DNA from: Eledone cirrhosa
Taxonomy: Eukaryota
NCBI GenBank assembly: GCA_964016885.1
Contig: OZ024743.1
Location: 237,584,001 to 237,648,000 of the forward strand
DNA length: 64,000 nt
Direction: 5' to 3'
Shown: positions 12,678 through 24,675 of the stretch, in pieces
How the letters are laid out: the number at the start of each line of letters is the position of its first letter
Numbering within the stretch: position 1 is the stretch's first letter
The notes under the pieces: model-generated
What the model was told of the DNA's origin: nothing
Database searches by the model: none
The model's input: the letters and a program-made list of their open reading frames with translations, nothing else
Translations under genes and position numbers: made by a program

Positions 12678-12780
12678 CCCCCCGCCCTCTTCTGTTTATA
12701 CAGAAGGAAGTAAAATAAAGGAGTTTTAAAGATGGCGACATCTTCGTTGTTTGCCAGATCAACTGTTGATAAAGTAATCT
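12678..12780 (+). promoter_or_regulatory. Candidate housekeeping-type promoter with a short first coding exon (12732-12773, MATSSLFARSTVDK)
   Basis: GC box ccccgccc, ETS ggaagt, YY1-type aagATGgcg, then AAA|gtaatc donor-like site; a further ETS site acttccggt at ~12985. Confidence 0.35.
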
Positions 12781-13369
12781 AATCTATAATAAAGTAAGGA
12801 GTGCGGGACTGCGTACCGTTTATAATTTTTTTTATCCCGTTTGTAAAATAAGTTGGATTACTTTGAATAAATAATGAATGAATATTTCATAATTTATCTA
12901 CTAAATTTCGTGGCTGTTGATTAAATATAAATAATATTGTTGCTTATTTTAAGATTCACTTCTTTAAAATTTTCAAATGTCAACACTTCCGGTTAGCGAT
13001 CACTTAAATAAACATTCATATATTTCCGTCACTAATTTTCTCCTAATGCAGTTTATATATAATATCGTCTTTTTTTAAATGTATCATGGATTACGTTACT
13101 GATTTCATTAGACAGTGTAACGCAGTCTTTGTTCAATTTCTGTGTATATTGTCAATTACGATTTTATTTGATATATCATATCTACATGTATATAGACTTG
13201 CGTATAATATCAATATACACACTACACATGCTAGCAGAAAACCACCCAAAGGGTGCTTTTTCTGCTAGTCTTAATAAAACAGAGTGTTGGCTGTGTTTAT
13301 TGTTAAGACTGTCTACTACTGTATAAAACACTCCTTCTCTTTGGTATTATCTCAGTAAGGACAGCATTG

Positions 13370-13998
13370 GGTTGAGTCGTCGGTCGTTAGAGCATCGGAC
13401 AGTATTTGTTCCGGCTTTTTACATTGAGTTCAAATCTTGTCATGGTCAACTTTACCTTTCGTTCTTCCAGAGTCAATAAAATAAAGTACCAGTCAAATAC
13501 TGGGGTTGATATAATCGACGCCCCTCTGGCATTATGCCTTATCTCGGTAAGGTGTACGGTGGATTAGCAGAATTGGTACAGCATTCGGTTAATGTATTTG
13601 TTCCAGTTCTTTGCGTTCAGAGTTCAAATCCGATGGTCACTTTGTATTTCATCCCCTCGAGGTCAATATAGGTACCCCTCATATAGGACCCCAAATATAG
13701 GTACCCCACATATTGGGCCTAAATCAGACACAAATCCTGCCGAGGTAACTTTGCCGTTCATCTTTACGGGATCGATAAAATAAAGTACCAGTAATGAACT
13801 GGTTTGATTTAATCGACTTTCCCTTCCCCCAAATTGCCAGCCTTGTGCCTAAATCAGATACAATTATTGGTATTATTAATATTGTATCGAGAGAGTTGTT
13901 AGAATACCTTGCAGTATTTGTTCTGTCCCTTTATGTTCTGAGTTCAAATTCTACCAATGTTAACTTTGTCTTTCACCAGAGGTCGATAAAAAAAGTCC
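13370..13998 (+). mobile_element. Cluster of degenerate SINE family 1 copies
   Basis: Repeated gagttcaaatc B-boxes and family core. Confidence 0.8.
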
Positions 13999-14016
13999 AC
14001 CCCCCTCTCTCTCTCT

Positions 14017-14054
<38 letters not shown>

Positions 14055-14153
14055 CTCTTGCTGTATCTGTCTCATATTTCTGTCTGTCGCTCTTTCTCTC
14101 TCTATCACTCTCTCTCTCCCTCTCTCTTGCTGTATCTGTCTCATATTTCTCTG

Positions 14154-14203
<50 letters not shown>

Positions 14204-14566
14204 TCTCAGACAGACCTGCAGAGGGATGGGCTCCGTTAGAACTAAAAACTACCAAAGACGTGCCGTATGTGATGACGGCGTCCCTGCGACTCCAGTAGGA
14301 ATTCAGGGCCCATGGGTGGAGACGATAGACATATAGATAGATGGATTGATAGATATAGAGAGAGAGAGGTGGTGGTGGTGGTGATGGGGACAGAGAGAGA
14401 GAGAGGTGGTGGTCTTGGGGACAGAGAGAGAGAGAGAGAGAAGGTTCAGCAAACGTCTGAGGTATGTAATTACATACTTGGAGCAGATGGTTGCCTTATT
14501 GTTAGACAGGTCACTCCCGCATTGTCTGGTTATTTCTTTATACACACACACACATACACACACACA

Positions 14567-14741
<175 letters not shown>

Positions 14742-14949
14742 CGTTTCTGAATTTGTTTAGCAAGATTCTTTATCTGAAAACGTGTGTTGAAACCGATATT
14801 GTTATACTTTGGGAGGGTCATGTTGCCAATAAGAAACACACGCACTAGTTGCTTTCACTTCAATTTATTATAATAAATTTATAAATTTAGGAATTTATAA
14901 ATTTCCGGTTGGTTGGTTGGTTCCACAACCAGATGATTGTTTATATATT

Positions 14950-14992
14950 GTCAAAGTTCTTTCGTCACACATTCTGTGACCTCTTCAGTGAC
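14950..14992 (-). ncRNA. Hammerhead ribozyme motif in the PLE 3' region
   Basis: Mirror image of 16752-16794. Confidence 0.75.
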
Positions 14993-15191
14993 TGGGGATT
15001 CTTTTCTTTGTTTTTGTGCCTCTCCTTTGTTCTGTCCTACGCCATCTTGTTTTTGTGTGTGTTGTGTGCTTAGTTTGCGCATGTGTTACATCCGGGTGTC
15101 TGTGTGTGTTTATATTTGTTTATTTATTTGTTTATTTACATGTTACTGGTTGGTTGTTTGTTCTATGTGCCTGTGTGTTTTCATTTTGTCC

Positions 15192-15869
15192 TTAATTGTA
15201 AGTTGTGATGTTGCTGTTCCATTCATGTTTTCTATTTAATTTTGTTTGGAGTTCATTTATGTTTATTGCCTCTGTGATTTGTCTAAACATTGCGTCTTTT
15301 CTGTGTGTAGATTCTATTTTTATTTCTATGTTCTCTAATTTACCCTTATGTTCTATTTTAGCATGTTGGTAGAGTACAGATGATTCTTTACTATCTTGAA
15401 GGTCTCGCCAGTGTTCATTTATCCGTTCCCCTATACTACGAGCTGCCTCACCTATGTACACTATATTCTTATCTCTACATTGTCCTTCAGTACATCTTAT
15501 GCTATATACTACATTTCTAGTTTTACAGTTAATATGGGGGCTTAATTTACAGATTATACATTTCTTATCTATACAGGGAGGTCTTTGAAAAGGGTATGTA
15601 TTTCTAATAAGTGTTTTTATGGAGGTACCTGGTCTTTCTACTATCTTAATATTGAGTTTATGCTTATCTAGGGCCCTTCTAAATTTGTAAGCTAATTCAC
15701 CTCTAGGGGTTGTATCGATGAACATTACACTCTGGTATTTATTGCTATCATACCATGAGTTTATTCTATTAACCTTATTCCTAGTTCTTTCTATTCTATT
15801 CCAAAATTTGCTCCTATACAAGGGGCAGGTCCCATTTGTGTCATTATTTACCATTTTTTCCCATTTGGT
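15192..15869 (-). CDS. PLE C-terminal fragment: Cys-rich linker plus GIY-YIG endonuclease (left arm)
   Basis: CIDKKCIIC...CKTRNVVYSIRC...YIGEAARSIGERINEH...QITEAINI...LNRKHEW. Confidence 0.9.
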   Translation of the reverse strand, partial: TKWEKMVNNDTNGTCPLYRSKFWNRIERTRNKVNRINSWYDSNKYQSVMFIDTTPRGELAYKFRRALDKHKLNIKIVERPGTSIKTLIRNTYPFQRPPCIDKKCIICKLSPHINCKTRNVVYSIRCTEGQCRDKNIVYIGEAARSIGERINEHWRDLQDSKESSVLYQHAKIEHKGKLENIEIKIESTHRKDAMFRQITEAININELQTKLNRKHEWNSNITTYN

Positions 15870-15883
15870 ATAGAGGAGCCAGA

Positions 15884-16552
15884 ACCAAATGGGAAACAAT
15901 AGTAAATAATGACACAAATGGGACCTGCCCCCTGTATAGGAGCAAATTTTGGAATAGAATAGAAAGAACTAGGAATAAGGTTAATAGAATAAACTCATGG
16001 TATGATAGCAATAAATACCAGTTCATCGATACAACCCCTAGAGGTGAACTAGCTTACAAATTTAGAAGGGCCCTAGATAAACATAAACTCAATATTAAGA
16101 TAGTAGAAAGACCAGGTACCTCTATAAAAACACTTATTAGCAATACATACCCTTTTCAAAGACCTCCCTGTATAGATAAGAAATGTATAATCTGTAAATT
16201 AAGCCACCATATTAACTGTAAAACTAGAAATGTAGTATATAGCATAAGATGCACCGAAGGACAATGTAGAGATAAGAATATAGTGTACATAGGTGAGGCA
16301 GCTCGTAGTATAGGGGAACGGATAAATGAACACTGGCGAGACCTTCAAGATAGTAAAGAATCATCTGTACTCTACCAACATGCTAAAATAGAACATAAGG
16401 GTAAATTAGAGAACATAGAAATAAAAATAGAATCTACACACAGAAAAGACGCAATGTTTAGACAAATTACAGAGGCAATAAACATAAATGAACTCCAACC
16501 AAAATTAAATAGAAAACATGAATGGAACAGCAACATCACAACTTACAATTAA
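15884..16552 (+). CDS. PLE C-terminal fragment: Cys-rich linker plus GIY-YIG endonuclease (right arm, 9-nt in-frame deletion)
   Basis: Same motifs as the left arm; lacks SVM. Confidence 0.9.
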   Translation, partial: TKWETIVNNDTNGTCPLYRSKFWNRIERTRNKVNRINSWYDSNKYQFIDTTPRGELAYKFRRALDKHKLNIKIVERPGTSIKTLISNTYPFQRPPCIDKKCIICKLSHHINCKTRNVVYSIRCTEGQCRDKNIVYIGEAARSIGERINEHWRDLQDSKESSVLYQHAKIEHKGKLENIEIKIESTHRKDAMFRQITEAININELQPKLNRKHEWNSNITTYN

Positions 16553-16751
16553 GGACAAAATGAAAACACACAGGCACATAGAACAAACAACCAACCAGTA
16601 ACATGTAAATAAACAAATAAATAAACAAATATAAACACACACAGACACCCGGATGTAACACATGCGCAAACTAAGCACACAACACACACAAAAACAAGAT
16701 GGCGTAGGACAGAACAAAGGAGAGGCACAAAAACAAAGAAAAGAATCCCCA

Positions 16752-16794
16752 GTCACTGAAGAGGTCACAGAATGTGTGACGAAAGAACTTTGAC
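16752..16794 (+). ncRNA. Hammerhead ribozyme motif in the PLE 3' region
   Basis: gtca-CTGAAGA-g-gtcaca-gaatg-tgtgac-GAAA-gaac-TT-tgac. Confidence 0.75.
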
Positions 16795-16940
16795 AATATA
16801 TAAACAATCATCTGGTTGTGGAACCAACCAACCAACCGGAAATTTATAAATTCCTAAATTTATAAATTTATTATAATAAATTGAAGTGAAAGCAACTGGT
16901 GCGTGTGTTTCTTATTGGCAACATGACCCTCCCAAAGTAT

Positions 16941-17025
<85 letters not shown>

Positions 17026-17029
17026 AAAG

Positions 17030-17230
17030 TCTGTCTTAAGCCAGAAGGCTCATTTGGCCGGTGCTTATCCCGGTTTCATGACGTGAAGCGACTGAGAGTA
17101 CAAGACTACCCGCTGGACAGGACGCCAGTCCATCGCAGGGTTAAACCTCCAGCTATTGCTGGTACTCATTTTCAGGTGAGTATACTGGAGCAACGTGAAA
17201 TGAAGTGTTTTGCTCAAGAACACAACACGC
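17030..17230 (-). mobile_element. CORE-type SINE fragment
   Basis: Reverse complement of the CORE-like segment (actggagcaacgtgaaatgaagtgttttgctcaag). Confidence 0.75.
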
Positions 17231-17569
17231 AATATATATATAAACATATATATGTAGATAAATCTACCAAAATATACGGTAGTGTCCAATCCGTATGAAG
17301 AACTCAATGTAATCCAAATATCATGAAAAGAGAAGGTGCATTCAAAATATTTTAGATGAAAATCACAGGAAAACAGAGTCAAGATAAATTAATAAAAACA
17401 ATGAATAAAAACAAAGAACAAGTTCCTTACATTAAAAAATTCATCATTTTACGATCGTTTCTAGGATATATATGTGTGTTGGTATGTATATCATATAGAT
17501 CTATGTAAACATTTTACAAACTATCAGTGGAAATATACATACGTTCACATATATATGCTGTCTTCAGAA

Positions 17570-17750
17570 ATAATTGTTTCTACTTTTGGCACAAGGCCAG
17601 CAATTATCCCAGTGTATTACTGGTACTTTATTTTATCGACCCCGTAGGGATGAAAGGCAAAGTTAACCTCGGCGGGATTTGAACTCAGACCATAAAGGGC
17701 CGTAACTCTTTGCTGCAAAGCATGGCGTCTGACCCTCTACCGATACTGCC
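17570..17750 (-). mobile_element. SINE family 1, well-preserved copy
   Basis: Full head, core and tail. Confidence 0.88.
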
Positions 17751-18353
17751 CACACACACAGACACACAGACTGACAGACTGACAACAATAAACGGAGTGT
17801 TTCGGAGGGACGACAGGATACACCTGTTGAAGTATACGTTGTAGTTGGGTCATAGTTGTCTAGCTACTACTACTACTGCTACTACTACTGCTACTACTAC
17901 TACTACTACTAGTGCTACTAGTGCTACTACTACTACTACTACTGCTGCTGCTACTATCACTACTACCACCACTACTACTACTACTACTAGTAGTGGTGGT
18001 GGTGGTAAGAGAGAACGCGGTAAAGTGAATGAGGAGAGGGAGGAGTAGAATAAAGACTCTCCTCTCTTTCACTCTCTCTCTCCTCACTCCCCCCCTCTCT
18101 CTCTCTCTCCTCACTCTCTCTGTGTCTTTTCTCTAACACTTTTTAGTTTTTGTCTCCCTATGTGTATGTGCGTATGTCTGTGTGTGTATGTCTGTGTGTG
18201 TCTGTGTGTTATGTCTGTGTGTGTGTATGTCTGTGTGTGTGTGCACAGTTATATATATCTGTGTAGAAAGATATATATGTACATATAAATATGTAAGCAC
18301 ACATCTCTTCCCCCCTCTCTCTCTGTATATATATATATATATAAACACGCAGT

Positions 18354-18489
<136 letters not shown>

Positions 18490-18676
18490 TGCTGTTTGTG
18501 CCCCGAGAGCAGACATATAACTAAAGGCATTGCAGCCATGAGCACACCACCCCCCTCTGCAAGAGTTGTGTCTATATAGGACTACTTGCTATATTCTTTA
18601 TTGAAGACGATAGGGTGAAATTTTAGCTGCTATTTTTAGCAAGTTGAACGACCGCAGAGAAGCTCCCGTGTTAGTT

Positions 18677-18733
<57 letters not shown>

Positions 18734-18896
18734 TTTGATATATATATATATTAAATTGTTAAACAATATTCAATGATTATGTCAAAAAATGAGTTTTACA
18801 GTAGATTGGAAGCACTCAACGGTAAAAATAATTTTCCAGAGTTATTAATATTAAAATACAAGTATTAATAAAATAGATGTTCTTTTGATCAATTAC

Positions 18897-18949
18897 ATTT
18901 TATTATACATATTTCGGATGTACAACAGTACGTCCTCATCAGACAAAAT
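18897..18949 (-). ncRNA. Hammerhead ribozyme motif
   Basis: Mirror image of 19052-19104. Confidence 0.8.
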
Positions 18950-19051
18950 ATAATGATACATGACATACCCATGTTAAATGGTTAAGATTTAATCAAGGTA
19001 GTGATTAAATCTTAACCATTTAACATCTCAGGGTATGTCATGTATCATTAT

Positions 19052-19104
19052 ATTTTGTCTGATGAGGACGTACTGTTGTACATCCGAAATATGTATAATA
19101 AAAT
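19052..19104 (+). ncRNA. Hammerhead ribozyme motif
   Basis: attttgt-CTGATGA-ggacgtac-tgtt-gtacatcc-GAAA-tatgta-TA-ataaaat. Confidence 0.8.
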
Positions 19105-19239
19105 GTAATTGATCAAAAGAACATCTATTTTATTAATACTTGTATTTTAATATATATATATATGTATATATCGACAGGTGTGCATTTCTGTGAAATAGCA
19201 ATGTATGTATGTATGTATGTATGTATGTATGTATGTATG

Positions 19240-21947
19240 TTTTCTCTTTCTCTTAATTTCGAGTATATTTTTTTTTGACCGGCCACCTTCCTGGTGGCAA
19301 GGTTGTAAAAGAAAAGAAATTGTCATCCCTTGAATCGCAAGAATGTTTTGCATATTTTGAAGGTGCCAGCTATCGCAGCCATTTGTAGACTATGAATTAG
19401 GGAGCTGCGCTTTTTGTCCGCAAATCCAAGTTCGGTCATACTTTGGTCCAAGCGGGTTGGTATATAGCCCGTAGCACCAATAATGATGGGTATGAAGCTA
19501 AAGGTGTATCTTGGATACTGGATTTGTAAGCTCCTCATCAATGGTCCGTAGATGTCCTCCTTCTCCTGTATTTTTCTGACAACGTTTACATCAAGTGGGC
19601 AGCTGATCTCCACAACAGAACACGTTTTCAATGTGTGGTCCCAAACTACAATATCAGGCCGGTTGTGCTTTAATTTGGTGGCAGTTTTTATTTTCAGGTT
19701 CCACCAGTATTCCTTAGTGCCATCTGTCTCAATATATTCTTCCTCGTTTGTTGTTAATTTTGTTTTCCGAAGTGCGTTCCAGATAGTTCTAGCTATCCCA
19801 TCGTGTCTCATGGGGAGGTAGTAGCGAGATGACATTCTTTCGCAGCTGGCAACAATGTGGCTTACATCCTCGATCTTTGTTTTACATAGCCTACATTTAT
19901 TGTCAGCTGCTGGCCCTCCTCTTTTGTGCAGCAGATATTTGGTAGGGAGTTCTTGTTCCTGTATTGCATAGAGATATCCCTCAAGGTGTGATGTCATAAA
20001 CTTGTCGGAACTCCATGCCAGGCTTTTTGAGTGGTTTATCCCCTCTATGGTCTGTGTTTTACGCCTCAAGTATCCATGCACAACTTTCTCTGTAAATTGG
20101 TCAATTTTTTTTTCTTGTTTGAACATTGAATAGGATCTTCCGATTTCTCTGGGTGAGAGATTTATATCAGGCTTTATTCCATATCTCTCCTCCAGATCAG
20201 TCGCTATTCTAATGATATTTCTTTTTTCATGCTCATAAACCTGAGCAAGATGGTCGCCAACCTTTTTCCTCTGTTGAAGGTGTTGCTTCAGTGTTACTAT
20301 CCGGGTCTCATATGTTGTTAATATTGATTTTAGACCCCGGCCACCTTCCTTGCGTGAGAAGTATAGCCTATCCACATCACCATTGATGTTAAAGTTCCCA
20401 GTAACACTGAGAAGTTTTCGAGTTCTAACATCCATCTCACTTAGTTCTTGCAATGACCAGTTCAGTAGGCCAAATGTTGGCGTTAGAATTGGCACAGCAT
20501 AGGTATTGTGGGCAATGTATTTGTTGTATGCTGACAGTTCTGATGACCATATTTTTTTTACTCTTCTGAGGTATTCAGTTCTGGTTCTCTCCTTATTTAT
20601 GGGTCCATCATATCTGACATTCTCATCCTGTCCAAGATATCTGTAGTTGTCACCTGACTGCAGAGGTTGTATTGTCAGGCCGTTCATCTCTAGATTTCTA
20701 GAGGAGGACACAGCTCTTCCACGTTTTACTGCCAAATATGCACACTTGGACTCACCAAATTTCATTTTGATGTCGGTTGAAAATTGTGTAATGAGGTCCA
20801 ATTGTTTCTTGATGTCATTGATATTTGGCCCATACAACTTCAGGTCATCAACAAAGAAAAGATGGGAGATACTTCTGGGCCCACTTCTTTGTCCACCTTG
20901 TTTCCTGAGTAGGTAAGATAGTGGATTCAGTGAGAGAACGAAGAGTAGTACTGACAAGCTATCACCCTGAAAGATGCCCTTCTGGTAATGTATCCTATCA
21001 GTCTTAACCTGCTCCTTCTCACCTCTAAGGATCAAATTGGTGTACCAGTTCTTGGTCAGGCGTTCAACAGCAGCTACTAATGGTTGTGGGACTTTAGCTA
21101 ACTGTAAAGCCTTAATAATCCACCCATGAGGTACACTATCAAATGCTTTTTGATAGTCCAGCCACACGACAGTCATGTTTCTGCGATTCTTTGTTGTTTT
21201 TTCCTGAATCATTTTGTTAGTTAGTAGGTGATCTATGCAACCCCACACCTCCCTCTTTCCACCAGCTTGCTCAGGTGTTATGATGTTGTTGGTAGCACAG
21301 TGATCCTGTAAGAACAGGTTAAGGCACCCAGTATATAATTTATACATGATGTTTTGGCAGGCAATTGGGCGGTAATTTTTAGCAAGGGTGGTTTGGCTAT
21401 TTTTGGGAATGAGGAGAGTAGTGGCAGTTGATAACCATCTGGGCAGTTCTTGTGTGCCCTTAATGGTTTCTGTAAACAGCCGTATGAGATCTTGCCGATA
21501 GAAAGTGAAATTCTTCAACCAGTATCCTGTAATGAGGTCTGGGCCTGGCGATTTCCTATTCGACATTTTCTGTAGAGCTGTTTCCAGTATTGACCCATCT
21601 ATGCCATATTGTTTTGTCTGGACATGTTGGCAGTAGTCCTGTTCCAGTTGTTTTAGCCAATTAGCTTGTCTGTTGAATCCGTCATCCGTTTCCCATACAG
21701 ATCTCCAGTAGTTCTCAACCTGTTCTTTTGAAGGGGTGTCGTTTACAGGGATTGAGCTTTTGCCACCGAAGCTGCGATAAACTGATTTAGGATCTCTGGC
21801 AAACAATCTATTTAGCACTTGTCGTTTATGGGCTGTTGACTTATATTTTAGTCTTTCTGTTGTAGCTGTGAGTTGTTGTTTCAACTGGTGTAATTTGGAG
21901 TTCAAAGTTTTAAATTTGGTATCTCCAAATCGTCTCTCTAACTTTTT
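19240..21947 (-). mobile_element. R4/Dong-clade non-LTR retrotransposon, 5'-truncated, in (CATA)n
   Basis: Uninterrupted RT-CCHC-RLE frame, ~80-nt 3' UTR, both junctions in (TATG)n. Confidence 0.93.
19323..21947 (-). CDS. Reverse transcriptase plus CCHC plus restriction-like endonuclease (N-terminus missing)
   Basis: NYRPIAC, WLDYQKAFDSVPH, GIFQGDSLS, HLFFVDDLK, RYLG, CRLC..HIVASC, RHD, RPDIVVWD..E..CP. The first ~108 aa of the track ORF are microsatellite. Confidence 0.95.
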   Translation of the reverse strand, partial: KKLERRFGDTKFKTLNSKLHQLKQQLTATTERLKYKSTAHKRQVLNRLFARDPKSVYRSFGGKSSIPVNDTPSKEQVENYWRSVWETDDGFNRQANWLKQLEQDYCQHVQTKQYGIDGSILETALQKMSNRKSPGPDLITGYWLKNFTFYRQDLIRLFTETIKGTQELPRWLSTATTLLIPKNSQTTLAKNYRPIACQNIMYKLYTGCLNLFLQDHCATNNIITPEQAGGKREVWGCIDHLLTNKMIQEKTTKNRRNMTVVWLDYQKAFDSVPHGWIIKALQLAKVPQPLVAAVERLTKNWYTNLILRGEKEQVKTDRIHYQKGIFQGDSLSVLLFVLSLNPLSYLLRKQGGQRSGPRSISHLFFVDDLKLYGPNINDIKKQLDLITQFSTDIKMKFGESKCAYLAVKRGRAVSSSRNLEMNGLTIQPLQSGDNYRYLGQDENVRYDGPINKERTRTEYLRRVKKIWSSELSAYNKYIAHNTYAVPILTPTFGLLNWSLQELSEMDVRTRKLLSVTGNFNINGDVDRLYFSRKEGGRGLKSILTTYETRIVTLKQHLQQRKKVGDHLAQVYEHEKRNIIRIATDLEERYGIKPDINLSPREIGRSYSMFKQEKKIDQFTEKVVHGYLRRKTQTIEGINHSKSLAWSSDKFMTSHLEGYLYAIQEQELPTKYLLHKRGGPAADNKCRLCKTKIEDVSHIVASCERMSSRYYLPMRHDGIARTIWNALRKTKLTTNEEEYIETDGTKEYWWNLKIKTATKLKHNRPDIVVWDHTLKTCSVVEISCPLDVNVVRKIQEKEDIYGPLMRSLQIQYPRYTFSFIPIIIGATGYIPTRLDQSMTELGFADKKRSSLIHSLQMAAIAGTFKICKTFLRFKG

Positions 21948-21984
21948 GTATGTATGTATGTATGTATGTATGTATGTATGTATG

Positions 21985-22015
<31 letters not shown>

Positions 22016-22732
22016 GTATGTATGTATGTGTGTATATATATATATATGTATGTATGTGTGTATGTGGGTATGTCTGTATGTATATGTATGCATGTGTGTA
22101 TGTGTGTGTATGTATGTATGTATGTATGTATGTATGTATGTATGTATGCATGTATATATGTGTGTATATATGTATGTATGCATGTATATATGTGTATATA
22201 TGTATGTATATATGTGTGTGTATATATGTATGTGTGTATGTATGTGTGTATGCATGTATGTATGTATGCATTTATGTATGTATGTGTGTATGTATGTGTG
22301 TATGTATGTATGTATTTATGTATGTATGTGTGTATGTATGTATGTATGTGTGTATGTATGTGCGTATGTATTTATGAATGCATGTATGTATGTGTGTATG
22401 TATGTGTGTATGCATATATATATGCATGCATGGATGTATGAATGTATATATGTATCTATGCATGCATGTATATATGTATCTATGTACACATGAATGTTTT
22501 GGTTGCCGACTCTGTGCAAGACATTTTAGATCATTGGCTGGGCTAAAAAGCCACATTCGATCGCAGCACTGTTAGTTGCTATCGTGTGTGTGTGTGTGTG
22601 TATAGATATGCTTATGTGTGTGCGTGTATGTGTATATATATATGTATATGTATATTATTATTGTTGTTGTCGTTATTATTATTGTTATTATTATTATTAT
22701 TATTAATGAATGTGTGTGTGTGTGTGTGTATG

Positions 22733-22785
<53 letters not shown>

Positions 22786-23245
22786 CTTTTTTATTATTTT
22801 TTTCTTTTTTATTTATTTATTAATTTTTTTTTTCTCCTCGTGCAATGGCCATACTCGATAACGAGGGGGCAGCCATCATCATCATGTATATATGTATGTA
22901 AGTATGTATGTATATATATGTCTGTATGTCTGTATATACACATACATGTATGTAAGTATGTATGTATATATATATACATGTGTACATACATGTATGTGTA
23001 TATCTGCTTTACAGTATGTTTCGTCCCTCTCAGTTCAAATCCCGCCGATGTCAACTTTCCTCCATTCAAGGTCGATAAAATACCAGTCAAATACTGGTGT
23101 CGAGTCTTCCTCTATATCTCACTTCCTTTCTCTCTCTCCTTCTATCTTCCTCTGGGAAGGTATTCAGACCTGGAGAGGGGTGCCCCCCCCCCCTAGAAAA
23201 TATGCCCTAGAAACGCTGAATGCTAATACGACACCCCTACAACTG

Positions 23246-23286
<41 letters not shown>

Positions 23287-23347
23287 GTATGTATATATAA
23301 GTATATATATTTATGTATTTATGTATGTATATATAAGTATATATATC

Positions 23348-23446
<99 letters not shown>

Positions 23447-23975
23447 ACGTGTATGTATGTATGAATATATGTATGTATGTAAATGTGTATGTATATATGC
23501 ATGCATGTAAGTATAATGCATGTATGTATGTATGTATGTATGTATGTATGCTTGCATATAAGTATGTATATAGGAATGTGTGTACGTGTGTATGTATGTA
23601 TGTGTGTATGTACGTATGTATGTATGTGTGTGTGTATGTGTGTATGTATGTATGTATGTATGTATGTATGTATGTATGTATGTATGTGTGTATGCATGTA
23701 TGTATGTATGTATGTATGTATGTATGTGTGTATGTGTGTATGTATGTATGTATATATGTGTGTATGTATGTATGTGTGTATGTATGTATGTATGTGTGTA
23801 TGTATGTATGTGTGTATGCATGTATGTATGTATGTATGCATGTATGCATGTATGTATGTATGTATGTACGTATGTATGTACGTATGTATGTATGTATGTG
23901 TGTGTGTATGTATGTATGTATGTATGTATGTATGTATGTATGTATGTATGTATGTATGTATATATGTGTGTATGT
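21948..23975. repeat. Large compound (TATG)n/(TG)n/(TA)n microsatellite field with an embedded SINE (23010-23210)
   Basis: Direct. Confidence 0.9.
22490..22580 (+). pseudogene. Isolated terminal C2H2 finger, most likely an RTE-clade LINE C-terminus
   Basis: CRLCARHFRSLAGLKSHIRSQH then stop; RTE ORFs often end in C..C.R.F.S..GL.SH.R.H; no TGEKP linker. Confidence 0.55.
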
Positions 23976-24184
23976 AACATACACAACATGCATAAACAAA
24001 TATTCGCTCTCCTATAATTATGTAAATTTTACATAGCTGAGAGTAGCCCGGGAAAAAAAGAATCCACCCACTTCGAATAAAGCCCGGGGGGTAGATATTG
24101 CCGAAATATGACAACCCTGAAACGGTAGTTCAGATAAAAAGGGGTATGTCTGGTGATGAGTGATCAACTGCTAGCTGAAGAGGG

Positions 24185-24272
24185 AGAGAGAGAGAGTGAG
24201 AAAGAGTGTGTGTGTAGATATTTGTTCATGCAGATAGATGTGTGAATGTATCTCTCTCTCTCTATATATATA

Positions 24273-24319
<47 letters not shown>

Positions 24320-24400
24320 ATATCTATCTATCTCTCTCTATCTATATATCTCTCTATCACAGGGTCACAAGATTGTCTGATGACCCTGTGATAGAGATAG

Positions 24401-24431
<31 letters not shown>

Positions 24432-24475
24432 TACATACACACATCTATCTGCATGAGCAAATATCCACACACACA

Positions 24476-24523
<48 letters not shown>

Positions 24524-24675
24524 GGGTCATCAGACAATCTGGTGACCCTGTGATAAACAGGCGAAACTCCAGAGTAACAAGACTCTCACTATTTAGCTTT
24601 AATAAAATGAATATTAAAACTCTACTTCGGTATTGAGTATTCTTTTTTCTCAGCCACCAACCACATACGGATATA
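24185..24675. mobile_element. Nested fold-back PLE terminal repeat (family E) with a degenerate HHR at 24535-24580
   Basis: Palindrome centred at ~24375 and a second hairpin at 24520-24552; CTGGTGA-c-cctgt-gataa-acagg-c-GAAA-ctc-ca-gag-TA-acaa; related partial copy at 50690-50805. Confidence 0.7.

Larger units (their letters stand above)
18752..19152. mobile_element. Fold-back PLE terminal repeat (family C) with two divergent HHRs, flanked by (TA)n
   Basis: Arms ~18848-18995 and 19002-19152, 6-nt loop aggtag; unique tail on the left. Confidence 0.8.

Noticed and set aside
14209-14320. GC-rich island after a polypyrimidine-AG, looking like an exon
   Set aside because: Homologous to dispersed sequence at ~23163, ~49870-49960 (-) and ~50953 that follows SINE copies; it is a repeat.
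21948-22271. N-terminal 108 aa of the 982-aa ORF
   Set aside because: Flanking (TACA)n read in frame; the element is 5'-truncated at ~21947.
22490-22575. Host C2H2 zinc-finger gene
   Set aside because: Single finger immediately before a stop, without a linker or splice acceptor; fits an RTE C-terminus better.
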